DNA of 64,000 nucleotides, from the IMG/VR virus record IMGVR_UViG_3300024272_000023, one strand, 5' to 3'. Position numbers and translations under genes: made by a program. Of the stretch, positions 47,833 through 57,531 are shown piece after piece. Position 1 is the first letter of the stretch; every line of letters starts with the position of its first letter. Source of the DNA: a virus. Lineage: Duplodnaviria; Caudoviricetes. The notes under the pieces are model-generated. The model was given only the letters and a program-made list of their open reading frames with translations. It did not search any database and was not told the origin of the DNA.

Positions 47833-50800
47833 TTAATGTATCATATATGTTACTGAGGTAATACTTGTTAAGTCAACATTTCCTAAATTAAATCTCAACT
47901 CCCAGTTATTATTTGTAGTGCTACCGGTGCCTGAAATATATAAATAATTTTTTATCATCTTGTTGCTACTATTAAGTGCAGTAGTTAAGACATAATATGA
48001 CTCTATCTTATTATTATCAGCAGTAATAATAGGAAGATATAATGGAAAAGTATTGATTAGAGAACGACCACTAGTTTGTTTTATTTCAGCTGTAATGAAA
48101 TAGTGTTTTCCATGTGGTACTCCACTTATAATTGTAGAGGCACTAAAATCACTATAAACTGGGTCGGGATTCCTGTCTTCTCCTACTTCGTGTATAAGCG
48201 AAGTTAACTTAAGCCCTGGGTCTAAAATTCCACTTGATAATTTTGCTTCAAGATTATCAAAATTCTTCTGTAACGTATTGTAAGCAGAAGAATCAACCTT
48301 ATTGGTATTTAACTTATTATATAGTCCATCTGCATAAGTTTTCACTGCCTCATCTTGAGAATCAATATAATCTTTAGTAACTTCAGAGCCTTGAATTTCA
48401 GCGAATTTTGCATCAACATAGTCTTTAATTGCTGACTTATAACCCCATTCAATTGCACATTGAGCTCTATTCCATCCATCATTCCAATTAATTGGCTTAG
48501 ATGGAGCTTCACAGTAAATAGCAAATCCAAGAACAAAAGAATTAGTAAATACTGTACTTCCCATAGTTTCAACACTAGCAGGAATAACTATACTGTTTAA
48601 ATTTCCGCATCCAGCGAATGCGCCAAAACCTATGTTAGATACATTATTACCAATAGTACAATCAGTAAGAGAAATACAATCTGCAAATGCACGTTCACCA
48701 ATAGTAACTATTGTATCTGGAATTTTAACACTTGTAATTGCTCCATTTCCATTAAAAGCATCATCGCCAATAATGGTAACTTTTTTGCCATTATAAAAAG
48801 CAGGAATAATAAGGTTCGTATCAGAACAAGTACCAATACCAGTAAGTGTATAAGTTCCATCTTGATTTAAAGCGTATTCAAGACCTTCGCTTGCACCTGG
48901 GGTAAAAGCATTAGTAATTGTATCATTAACGTATCCTTTATTTACTAAAATACTTGCACCACTGGCTTCTGATACATTACCTTGCAATTCGCCGTTTTCA
49001 TTTGCAAGAGGAATGTAACAAACCGAATCTTCTATAACGTTAAATATATTATTTTCTTCAGTGATAGCTACACTTTCATCATAAACTTCAAAATAATTAT
49101 TTACAAAAGCCTCATCTTCAAATGTTATCTTATTTGCAAAGGGCATTGTTAAACTACCACTATTTACAAATAAGATATTATCCATATTAACAATTGTTGC
49201 TTTTTTATTTATGCGCCAATCAATGTAAGTCAAATCTTTGGTAGAAGTTGTAGCTGCAGTACTGTAATAACAGTTAATATTAGAAGCAACTTCAATATCA
49301 TTTACTAATACAGTAAGCGTAGATTGGTTACCAGCCCTATGATAGTAAAGTTTAAGATTAAACCATTCATTATAAGGTAATTCACAAATCGTATCAGAAC
49401 CAGTTCCTCCTGAGCCAGTGTTATATTGAAGTAAAGTCAATACATCGTTGGATAGCTGAAAAGCTAGACCAAATAAATAAGTTTGTGAACTTCTGAATAT
49501 TATTTCGGACATTCTTAAGCTACTTGAGCTATTATATTTTAGGTCTAATGACAAAAGAGAATATTCACCTACACCATTCATGAGTTTTATACGAGATATT
49601 GCACGAGTGGTTGCAGAATTTGCGTTAATATTCAATACTTTACTTTTTATAGATTGAGAAGCAACTGGATACTGTTTTGTAGTAGAATTATAATTATCAG
49701 CATATCTTTTAGCAGTGTCTAATGTATCATTTATAACCGTAACTGCATCACTATACTTTTGATCAGCATATTTAGCAGCAGTACTAACGGCTTGACTTGC
49801 TTTGTTGTCAGCCTCTGTAATTGCATATTCAATAGCAGTATCTACATATTTTTTAGACATTGCTCTCTGATTCTCATCATAGTTATCATCCCCAACAGCA
49901 GGCTGAGATTCACCATAGTTGCTAACAGGAACTCTTAAGAAACCATCATCCATTCTTAAAGGAACACTATCCATCATCTTGTTTTGAGCAAAATCTTCTG
50001 GATCAGGATCACGAGGCCCAAAAGGATTAGGAGACAATGTTACTCTACGATTAATGCCTTTACCATTTGATCTATCCACATAAACGCGATTATAAGAATC
50101 TGCAAAACCTTTCTTCGCATTACTATAAGGGACAGGCGAACCTAATAAGTATCTATATCCAATAGCACCTTCAACCGCCTCCCATGAAGCTGTAGCTCCA
50201 TCTTCACTAATAGTTACAACAGGTGTTGGTAAATATTGAGGATGTCCTCTTTCTGCCGACTCCATAGGGCTACCATCTTCATTGATAAAACTATATGAAC
50301 TGTCGTAGTATTCAGAATTACTATCAGCAAGAGCACAAACCATAATTGAATTACCATTAAGTTCTACAGTCAGCGTTTCTGATGTTACTTCTACTGGAGT
50401 GCTCTTTATATAATAGACGCGATTATTATCTTCTTCTCCATCAAAAGTTCTCATAAGAGAAACTTTATTTGAGCTAACTTCTTCTAAAGATGCATCAACA
50501 TACTTTTTATTAACAGCATCCAAATCTTCTTTAGGCTCTGCTGTCTTAATAATACCATTTTCACGAAGAGGAATTTGATAAGGGTACATTAATTCCCCAT
50601 CTTCATAAGCTTCATTTATAGAGTGAGATATTAAATGCAGTTCATAAGCATCCTTACCATCTCTTCTTTGTACGGTATATGCGAAATGTCCATCTCTTTC
50701 AGGAGTAGGTAATTTTTCATCAACTATGCTATTTGTAAGTTCAATCCATTCATTTTGATAAGAGTATATTTTTGTCTCTAATAGCAATCTAATAGTAGCA

Positions 50801-51375
50801 TCATTGGGATCTTCACTAATATTGTTGATTACTCCATCATAACTCCAACCTGCAATAGGAAGTAATTGTGTTGCATTATACCAACCAGGTATGACTGTTG
50901 TTCCTGCTAATTGGCTAAAACCAGCAGCTAATGTTTCATCAAGATAGCCATACACTTCGCCATCACTTAAATCATAGTATGCGGTAATGGCGGTTCTTTC
51001 GAGATTTGTTGCAGGTTCTCCAATTTCAGGTCTATTGTCTACGATATAGCATTTTGAGTTATCTACAATATGGCGATTGTGAATAAATGTTGCTTTAAAT
51101 AATCTATAAAGTGCCTTTTCATCTATATTTTCTGTTGGAAGTTCATCAATTACATCCTGAATTGATGAAACATATTCTTTAATTTCATCTAAAGACATTC
51201 CGGTTAATGTTTCTGCGTCTTTAGCATTAATTTGTTTTCTTTGCAGTTTACCGTCTGCATCGGTATAATCTATGTGGAACGTGCCGTCGTCTACACAAAA
51301 ATATGCATATCCATCGTGTAATGGTTGAGTTTCTAATGACGCACGGTTTCCTCGAAATGGTTTCCAAAGTGCCAT
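47833..51375 (-). CDS. multidomain fibre/adhesin with BspA LRR
   Basis: FRGNRASL..DGYAYF N-terminus, NKKYVD linkers, lectin-like beta region, GIGTCSDTNLIIP..IGDDAF repeats. Confidence 0.8.
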   Translation of the reverse strand: MALWKPFRGNRASLETQPLHDGYAYFCVDDGTFHIDYTDADGKLQRKQINAKDAETLTGMSLDEIKEYVSSIQDVIDELPTENIDEKALYRLFKATFIHNRHIVDNSKCYIVDNRPEIGEPATNLERTAITAYYDLSDGEVYGYLDETLAAGFSQLAGTTVIPGWYNATQLLPIAGWSYDGVINNISEDPNDATIRLLLETKIYSYQNEWIELTNSIVDEKLPTPERDGHFAYTVQRRDGKDAYELHLISHSINEAYEDGELMYPYQIPLRENGIIKTAEPKEDLDAVNKKYVDASLEEVSSNKVSLMRTFDGEEDNNRVYYIKSTPVEVTSETLTVELNGNSIMVCALADSNSEYYDSSYSFINEDGSPMESAERGHPQYLPTPVVTISEDGATASWEAVEGAIGYRYLLGSPVPYSNAKKGFADSYNRVYVDRSNGKGINRRVTLSPNPFGPRDPDPEDFAQNKMMDSVPLRMDDGFLRVPVSNYGESQPAVGDDNYDENQRAMSKKYVDTAIEYAITEADNKASQAVSTAAKYADQKYSDAVTVINDTLDTAKRYADNYNSTTKQYPVASQSIKSKVLNINANSATTRAISRIKLMNGVGEYSLLSLDLKYNSSSSLRMSEIIFRSSQTYLFGLAFQLSNDVLTLLQYNTGSGGTGSDTICELPYNEWFNLKLYYHRAGNQSTLTVLVNDIEVASNINCYYSTAATTSTKDLTYIDWRINKKATIVNMDNILFVNSGSLTMPFANKITFEDEAFVNNYFEVYDESVAITEENNIFNVIEDSVCYIPLANENGELQGNVSEASGASILVNKGYVNDTITNAFTPGASEGLEYALNQDGTYTLTGIGTCSDTNLIIPAFYNGKKVTIIGDDAFNGNGAITSVKIPDTIVTIGERAFADCISLTDCTIGNNVSNIGFGAFAGCGNLNSIVIPASVETMGSTVFTNSFVLGFAIYCEAPSKPINWNDGWNRAQCAIEWGYKSAIKDYVDAKFAEIQGSEVTKDYIDSQDEAVKTYADGLYNKLNTNKVDSSAYNTLQKNFDNLEAKLSSGILDPGLKLTSLIHEVGEDRNPDPVYSDFSASTIISGVPHGKHYFITAEIKQTSGRSLINTFPLYLPIITADNNKIESYYVLTTALNSSNKMIKNYLYISGTGSTTNNNWELRFNLGNVDLTSITSVTYMIH

Positions 51376-51404
51376 TTGTTTTCTCCTCTCTGAGTAAGAA
51401 ATTT

Positions 51405-51437
51405 TAAAATAAGGCTAGTGAGTTTCCCCACTAGCCT
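51405..51437 (-). terminator. intrinsic terminator
   Basis: Minus strand AGGCTAGTGGG-GAAA-CTCACTAGCCT followed by TATTTT. Confidence 0.75.
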
Positions 51438-51460
51438 GTTTGATTTTGGTTATTTATTAA

Positions 51461-53533
51461 TTAAAACTCGCCCCAAGTAAGAAGAGCTTCAATCTCAGTC
51501 TTGTTGTAAGTTTCAGTCTTAGCATAAACATCTGCAGAATTTGCCTTCTTAGCAACCTCTGCGTCGTTAGAAGTCTTGTATGCCTCAAGTGCATCGTTAA
51601 CAACCTTTACATCAGCGTCAATTTCGGCCTGAAGTTCAGACTTAAGAGTAGCATCAGCCGCAACATAAGCGTCGTGGTCGATAGCTTCAAGAGTATCAAG
51701 TCTTGCATCAAGAGCAGTATTGATATCATCAGCATGCTTCTTAGCCTCAGCAAGCTTAGCAGAAGCATCTTCCTTGGTTTCGTAAGTAGCAGCGTCTGCA
51801 GTAGCCTGGTCAGCAATAGCCTTAGTATTAGCAGCGATATCTTCCTTATTCTTGTCGATATCAGTTCTGAAACCTTCTGCTATTGTACCGTGGTCCTCAA
51901 CATACTTAGTAAACTCGTTGATAGAGTTGATAGCGCCCTCTGCATCAGGGTTGTTCATAATGGTGTTGATCTGAGTCTGAAGACCCGCTTCAGCAGCCTC
52001 TGCACGCTCCTTCTCGGCAGCGATAGCATCAGCGTTGTCAGAAATAAGACCACGAACTTCCTCATCATCATAAGCGTCTGCGATAAGAGCAAACTTACCG
52101 TCTGCCTCTTCCTTTGTATATCTGTCTGCAACTGCAGCATCGTTAGACTCTACATATGCAGCGAGGTCATCAGCAACCTTCTTAACATTCTCCTTGGTCT
52201 CGAAGTTAGCAATGTCAGCAGCCTTAAGATAATCGCCAGCAATTTCTGCAATAGCATCAGCATTATCAGAAATAAGACCACGCACCTCTGCGTCATCGTA
52301 GTTGTCTACATCAGCAAGTCTAGCAATCTCAGCATCAGAAACAAGAGAGTAACCGGTAACCTTGTCAACCTTCTTACCGAGCTCAGTAGTCATAGTCTCG
52401 GAATCAGCCTTCTTAGCGATATCAGCCTTTACCTGAGTATCATCATAGTTGTGAAGTGTAACAAGTCTTTCGATTTCAGAAGTAGCGATAAGATCCTTGC
52501 CATCAACCTTGTCCACCTTCTTACCAAGTTCAGTGGTCATAGCCTCAGCATCAGCCTTCTTAGCAATGTCAGCCTTAACCTGAGTGTCGTCATAGTTAGC
52601 AAGAGTTGCGAGTCTTGCAATCTCGGAATCAGCGATGAGAGACTTGCCTTCTACCTTGTCAACCTTGCCAGCAAGAGCAGTCTCAACCTCAGTCTTAACT
52701 GCAGCCGCATCAGCAGTTGCCTTAACACCAGCAAGAGCCTCGTTGTTAGAAGTCTTGTAGTTCTCAAGAGCAGTATTTACATCACCGATAGAGTCTTCAA
52801 TAGCAGTCTTGTCAGCAGAAATAAGATGATCTGCAACAACGCCGTTCCATTTTGCAACATCGCCAGCAACAATCTTGTTAAGCTCAGACTCAACGAAGGT
52901 ATGAGCGTGCTTCTTAGCAACAGCGTCAGCAAGGTCTGCCTCGGTCTGAGTGTAAGTGTCAAGAAGTGCCTTGTTTGCGTGCTCATGGTCAACAGCCTCA
53001 AGAGCCTCAACACGAGCATTCATAGCCTCGTCAAGGTCGTCCGCATAGTCCTTTGCGTTCTGCTCAGCAGCGTCCCAAGCGGATACCTTATCAGCGGTGA
53101 TACCATCAAGAACGGTCTTGTTGTTGTGAGAGTGCTGTACGCCAGAAGCAGCGTTAATCTTTGCAGCAAGATCAGCGTTAAGGTCACCCTCTGCAACCTC
53201 AGACTTGTACGCCATAGAGCCAAGACCAAGAAGAGTCTTAAGCTCCTCCGCTGTAGGCTGCTTGTTAATCTGAATCCAGCCCTTCTCAGCATCATATCTT
53301 GCAAGAATATTCTCTGCGGTGCAGTAGTACATGCAAGTCTCGTGCGCACCAGAAGCAGGGAGAGCCTCAACATTAGCAACTGTGATAAAATCACCATAGC
53401 GATGATAAGAACCATCCTCCATACCAATATAGATGCCTTCGTCTTTAGTGAAATAAAGAGCACCAGCAGTGGCGGTCTGAGGTAAGTTTGCCACATTACC
53501 TCTCAGAAATTTAATCATGTTTTCGTTAGCCAT
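51461..53533 (-). CDS. abundant coiled-coil virion fibre protein
   Basis: KFLRG..GALYF N-terminus, HxH repeats, three ~49-aa KVDKV..NYDD repeats, C-terminal WGEF; capsid-like codon bias; GGAGG RBS before ATG 53533. Confidence 0.75.
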   Translation of the reverse strand: MANENMIKFLRGNVANLPQTATAGALYFTKDEGIYIGMEDGSYHRYGDFITVANVEALPASGAHETCMYYCTAENILARYDAEKGWIQINKQPTAEELKTLLGLGSMAYKSEVAEGDLNADLAAKINAASGVQHSHNNKTVLDGITADKVSAWDAAEQNAKDYADDLDEAMNARVEALEAVDHEHANKALLDTYTQTEADLADAVAKKHAHTFVESELNKIVAGDVAKWNGVVADHLISADKTAIEDSIGDVNTALENYKTSNNEALAGVKATADAAAVKTEVETALAGKVDKVEGKSLIADSEIARLATLANYDDTQVKADIAKKADAEAMTTELGKKVDKVDGKDLIATSEIERLVTLHNYDDTQVKADIAKKADSETMTTELGKKVDKVTGYSLVSDAEIARLADVDNYDDAEVRGLISDNADAIAEIAGDYLKAADIANFETKENVKKVADDLAAYVESNDAAVADRYTKEEADGKFALIADAYDDEEVRGLISDNADAIAAEKERAEAAEAGLQTQINTIMNNPDAEGAINSINEFTKYVEDHGTIAEGFRTDIDKNKEDIAANTKAIADQATADAATYETKEDASAKLAEAKKHADDINTALDARLDTLEAIDHDAYVAADATLKSELQAEIDADVKVVNDALEAYKTSNDAEVAKKANSADVYAKTETYNKTEIEALLTWGEF

Positions 53534-53573
53534 AGATTTGTCCTCCATTAAATAAAAAATTTAAATATTTGAA

Positions 53574-55130
53574 TTAAATAACTTGTCCAATACCATTATT
53601 GAAGACAAGTTCGTTACCATTATAAATGTTGTTTGCGACAGCTCCATCAACAACAGATCCTGTCACCTTGATAATTTCGCCTACATTTTCTTCTGCCTCA
53701 GCAGGGTTAGTATTAGCATTAACCATAGTATTATTCATAATAGCTAACACTGCACCATCTTTAGTGGTGATTCGCATTGCGCGGCTACCAGTATTACTGA
53801 TTATATTGTTGTCAATGAGCATAGATCCGCTAGCCCCAACAACTTGGATTGCGTTGTGTTCGCAATCTTTGATTTTGTTATTACGAATAATGACATTTTT
53901 AGATGTTCCCTGCACTAATATAGCAGTCTTTTCTTTAAGATTTACCGCACTATTAGTCGCTTCGAACTCACACTTTTCGATAACAAGACCGTTGGTAGTA
54001 CAATTTCCAATATGAACAACTGCACCGTTTACGAAGTCGCAATCAACAACAGACATGTTATCTATATTATCATTGTTTGCAATAATACCCTCGCCATTAA
54101 ATGTGATATTCTTTAATGTCAGGCCATATGGAACCCCGTAGTTGGCAGTATCCATCAAACGAATCTTCTTTATACGCACACCGTCTTCGCCAAGCAAAGT
54201 AATGTTAGATTTGGTCGCATCCGTAAACTCAATCATACCGTAATCGCCAGTCATTATTTTTACTGTATCGCCGTCGTTTGCAGCAGCAATAGCTTTTTGA
54301 ACAGTCGAATAACAAGTGTTGCCTATTTTTGCAACGCCGACATCAGAACCAAGTTCTTCCCACATCATATAATTATTTTCAATGGCACGAGAAATTGCAT
54401 TCTTCATTTCGTCACTTGTAACATAAAGCATCTGCAATGTATCTATAGTAACTCGATCCTTGTCCGTAAAGTCGCACTCCGGCACAAATAAACCATTATC
54501 TTCTGCGACAACTAAAGCGTTACCATCTGCCTCACTAATCTTTACCGAAATAGTACTGCCATTGATGTCGATTCCGGCGCCAGTCACTGGTTGAAAATGA
54601 GAAGTTCCATATGTAAACCACTTTTCGCCATTCCAGCAATATTCCGAACCATCAGCTTCAATTTCATACAAATCACCTTGAACGGCATTTGTAGGTAAAT
54701 CTTCTACTGTTGGCACAGAACCCTTGTAATGAATACCACCAACAACTTGCTTTTCAACTTCCGTTAATCTTTGTTCAATTGGTTGTAAATCGATCGTCGC
54801 AAATAAACCATCAGAATTTACAGCGATAAGGTTATTGGTAGCCTTTGAAATATTGACACCAATTTTACTGTCCGAAATAACCAACGATCCATCAACGGGT
54901 TCTAAGGTGGATGCGGGACCAGCAGCAATCAACTTCTTAAGCTCAGCATAGTCTTCGGGGGATAAAAGACCTGCTGCCTGTTCGGTTGCAAGTGCACCAG
55001 TGCCATACAGCTGGTCGCCCTTGAATAATTCAGAAGTCTCAATTATCCAATACAGACAGGAAGAATCTTTATTTTCGAGTGCCAAGAACGTAGCCTTCAG
55101 CTTGACGCTTATAAATTTAACTCCCATCAT
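53574..55130 (-). CDS. fibre protein with C-terminal right-handed beta-helix (pectin-lyase-like)
   Basis: VKF..LYW..ELFKGD N-terminus; after WEEL comes VAKIG..YSTVQKAIAAA..GDTV and Asn-ladder repeats. Confidence 0.75.
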   Translation of the reverse strand: MMGVKFISVKLKATFLALENKDSSCLYWIIETSELFKGDQLYGTGALATEQAAGLLSPEDYAELKKLIAAGPASTLEPVDGSLVISDSKIGVNISKATNNLIAVNSDGLFATIDLQPIEQRLTEVEKQVVGGIHYKGSVPTVEDLPTNAVQGDLYEIEADGSEYCWNGEKWFTYGTSHFQPVTGAGIDINGSTISVKISEADGNALVVAEDNGLFVPECDFTDKDRVTIDTLQMLYVTSDEMKNAISRAIENNYMMWEELGSDVGVAKIGNTCYSTVQKAIAAANDGDTVKIMTGDYGMIEFTDATKSNITLLGEDGVRIKKIRLMDTANYGVPYGLTLKNITFNGEGIIANNDNIDNMSVVDCDFVNGAVVHIGNCTTNGLVIEKCEFEATNSAVNLKEKTAILVQGTSKNVIIRNNKIKDCEHNAIQVVGASGSMLIDNNIISNTGSRAMRITTKDGAVLAIMNNTMVNANTNPAEAEENVGEIIKVTGSVVDGAVANNIYNGNELVFNNGIGQVI

Positions 55131-55201
55131 TGTGTTCTCCTTTCTAAAAAAATAATATATGGAAAGCCGCCACGGCTAACCAACTAAATTAATGTTTTAA
55201 A

Positions 55202-55624
55202 TTACAATTCTTCCCAGGCATACCCGCTACTAGCGCTACTAACCTCTTGATCAATGTAATCGTAAATTTGCTTTTCTATATCTTTTACTGCACCCACCGT
55301 AATAACAACGTTATATTCCTCGCCTTCAGGAATATCTTCAACATTGGTTATTGGTGCATAAATTGTCTGTAGCCAAGAATCTCTTGAGGGTGAAAGCATA
55401 AACCCAGACTTTGTATCCGTGATATAATAGACCACTCCGTCTGCAGCACACTCAAAACTAGGCAAGTCGTCACGGGTGGGCACTACTCTAACTCCGTCGG
55501 TATAAACACAGTCGCCCTTAAATATTTCACTAGAATCCTCACAGAAATAGAGGGCATTAGGATCATATGTCTCACGATTGAGATACTTACTCTTTGTGGT
55601 TTTTACAAATCTTACATTAGCCAT
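55202..55624 (-). CDS. small fibre-module protein
   Basis: VRFVK..ALYF..EIFKGD; ends in WEEL. Confidence 0.7.
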   Translation of the reverse strand: MANVRFVKTTKSKYLNRETYDPNALYFCEDSSEIFKGDCVYTDGVRVVPTRDDLPSFECAADGVVYYITDTKSGFMLSPSRDSWLQTIYAPITNVEDIPEGEEYNVVITVGAVKDIEKQIYDYIDQEVSSASSGYAWEEL

Positions 55625-55635
55625 ATGTTATCACC

Positions 55636-56145
55636 TCACTCCTCTTCCCAAATATATTCACTGTCGGTTTCATCTTCAGTCCACTCATCATAGGGATTCA
55701 AGTCTGTTGGATCTGGTACAACTAAGTCGTCTGTCACCTCTTGAATTGTCCAAGAAAGGATTTTTCGATCACTTATTTCAGGCACATATACTACACCAGG
55801 CCTACCATCGCCACCAGGGATATCAGGAGCAAGTTCTTCAGGTTTGGGCGCAACGGGCACTCTAATTTTATTGGTTATGAGTCCACGACCATCCTCGGCG
55901 GAAACCTGGAAATAACCCTCATGGAGCACCTCTTTGGGTACTCGACACATATGATTTTCATCGAGCGGTTCGCGGTAGTTCTTGCCACGATAACTGAAAA
56001 TAGCAGTCTTGGTGGGAGAGATCTCCCAGTCAGGGGTGTTGAAGTTGAATTTAAATACAGTATTTGGATAGGAGTCGGCATAGATTACGCCAGAAGTGAA
56101 TCGGCGCATACGAGAATTTGCGAGATTAAAGATAAAAATCTGCAT
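55636..56145 (-). CDS. BppU-like adaptor protein
   Basis: FNF..DW...KTAIF..CRVPKEVL pattern, YVPEI...LSWT; ends in WEEE. Confidence 0.6.
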   Translation of the reverse strand: MQIFIFNLANSRMRRFTSGVIYADSYPNTVFKFNFNTPDWEISPTKTAIFSYRGKNYREPLDENHMCRVPKEVLHEGYFQVSAEDGRGLITNKIRVPVAPKPEELAPDIPGGDGRPGVVYVPEISDRKILSWTIQEVTDDLVVPDPTDLNPYDEWTEDETDSEYIWEEE

Positions 56146-56170
56146 GTCGCATCAACTCCTTTCTTTGTTA

Positions 56171-56392
56171 TTAAAGTTCGTGGTTGTCCCACTTTTGTTT
56201 TGCTTCTCTTGTTTCAGGGCATTTCTTCCATACGAAAACGAGAGCATCCGGTCTATGTTCACTTGAAAATAAAATATCAAGCATAAAATCTGGCCCAAGA
56301 TGCTCTAGGTATTTCTTAACCTGAAGCATATTAGTCAGATAGACACAGTCGCTCGGTTCATATGATTTGCCCGTAATTTTGCTTGTAATCAT
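56171..56392 (-). CDS. hypothetical protein
   Basis: 73-aa ORF with AAGGAG RBS, in the late operon. Confidence 0.75.
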   Translation of the reverse strand: MITSKITGKSYEPSDCVYLTNMLQVKKYLEHLGPDFMLDILFSSEHRPDALVFVWKKCPETREAKQKWDNHEL

Positions 56393-56443
56393 CTTAATTT
56401 TCTCCTTTTTATCAGCGTAAAAAATAGGGATATCAGCTAAATC

Positions 56444-56635
56444 CTATTCAGATGTAGAGATATCCCTATCAATTATAATTACTTCTACATCCTCTGCTGG
56501 GATAACTTCTTTTTTAGATTCTGCCAAACATTCTTTACTACAGAATCCTAAATCTTTATAATAAATTGGTTTGAAGACACACGCTCTACAATATGCAAAG
56601 CGTGAGCCACATTGTTTGCATACATGGACATCCAT
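56444..56635 (-). CDS. small Cys-rich Zn-binding protein
   Basis: CKQC..CRAC..FCSKEC; GGAGG RBS; follows the tail tube gene. Confidence 0.7.
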   Translation of the reverse strand: MDVHVCKQCGSRFAYCRACVFKPIYYKDLGFCSKECLAESKKEVIPAEDVEVIIIDRDISTSE

Positions 56636-56650
56636 ATGTGCCTCCTAAGT

Positions 56651-56678
56651 AAAATCGGAGAGGAGTTTCCTCCCCTCC
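56651..56678 (-). terminator. terminator after the tail tube gene
   Basis: Minus strand GGAGGGGAG-GAAA-CTCCTCTCC followed by GATTTT. Confidence 0.7.
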
Positions 56679-56693
56679 AAGAAAGTGTCAAGC

Positions 56694-57464
56694 TTACGCT
56701 CTAAGAGCCTCGTCCTTAACGATAACGATATCAACGAGTTTTCTCTCAGCATCGCAGTAAGCGGGCATAGCAGTAATCTCAAATGCATGAGCACCGTCTC
56801 TAGCCATACCCCACTCAGCCTCACCAGAGAGCTTACCTCTCATGAAGAGGAATGCGAAGTAGATTTCCTGAGAGCAAAGGTCACGAAGAAGAACCTCTGC
56901 AGTGATGTCAAGAAGCTCATTCTCTGCGTCAGCAAGAGCAGTGATCTGCTCACCAGCAGGAGCCTCGATGTCATAAACTACAAGATACTTAGCATCCTTA
57001 GTGCCACCAGTAAGTGCCTTCTCAGCAACAGTTACAGTAGTGGATGCAGTAGCAGTCTTGAAGGAACCGTCGCTTGCGAGCTCGTAAACAACGGGAGTTG
57101 TGTCTGCAACAGGAGTGTAGGTAATGTTGCCCTTACCATCAGCATCACAAGTTACCATCTCGAACTTGGTGATGGTTGCACCAGTAGAATCCTTAACCGC
57201 AGAACCAACCTGTGCAGCAAGGATAGAAGTATTGAAGAATGCGTTAGAAGCACCGAAAGTTGCGCCTCTACCGTTCTGAAGAACCATAACTACATTGTTT
57301 CTGGCATCTACAATGTCTTCGGTTTCAGAAGTAAAATTAAGTGTAGGTTCTGTGATCTGCTCTGCCCAGAAAGCAAGCTGACCGGCCTTAATGCCCTTAT
57401 CTGCATTTGCACCTACGTAAGTACCAGCGACCGAGATCGCTCTATCAAACGCGAATTGTGCCAT
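56694..57464 (-). CDS. major tail (tube) protein
   Basis: Beta-rich, about 256 aa, strong high-expression codon bias, position after the neck genes, followed by a terminator. Confidence 0.75.
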   Translation of the reverse strand: MAQFAFDRAISVAGTYVGANADKGIKAGQLAFWAEQITEPTLNFTSETEDIVDARNNVVMVLQNGRGATFGASNAFFNTSILAAQVGSAVKDSTGATITKFEMVTCDADGKGNITYTPVADTTPVVYELASDGSFKTATASTTVTVAEKALTGGTKDAKYLVVYDIEAPAGEQITALADAENELLDITAEVLLRDLCSQEIYFAFLFMRGKLSGEAEWGMARDGAHAFEITAMPAYCDAERKLVDIVIVKDEALRA

Positions 57465-57531
57465 AATAATTTCCTCCATAAAATAAAATTTTTATATTAT
57501 ATTTTTCATACATAAATTAAAAGAGATGTGA

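Noticed and set aside
51674-53485. 603-aa + strand ORF (also 56685-57515, 61927-62361, 40652-41458, 42353-43021)
   Set aside because: These are antisense shadows of strongly codon-biased or repetitive genes. They have Ser/Leu-rich nonsense composition and no RBS.
12825-56145. Diversity-generating retroelement or invertible shufflon acting on the fibre genes
   Set aside because: I found no reverse transcriptase, no adenine-variant TR/VR pair and no inverted cassettes by eye. Elements outside the window cannot be excluded.
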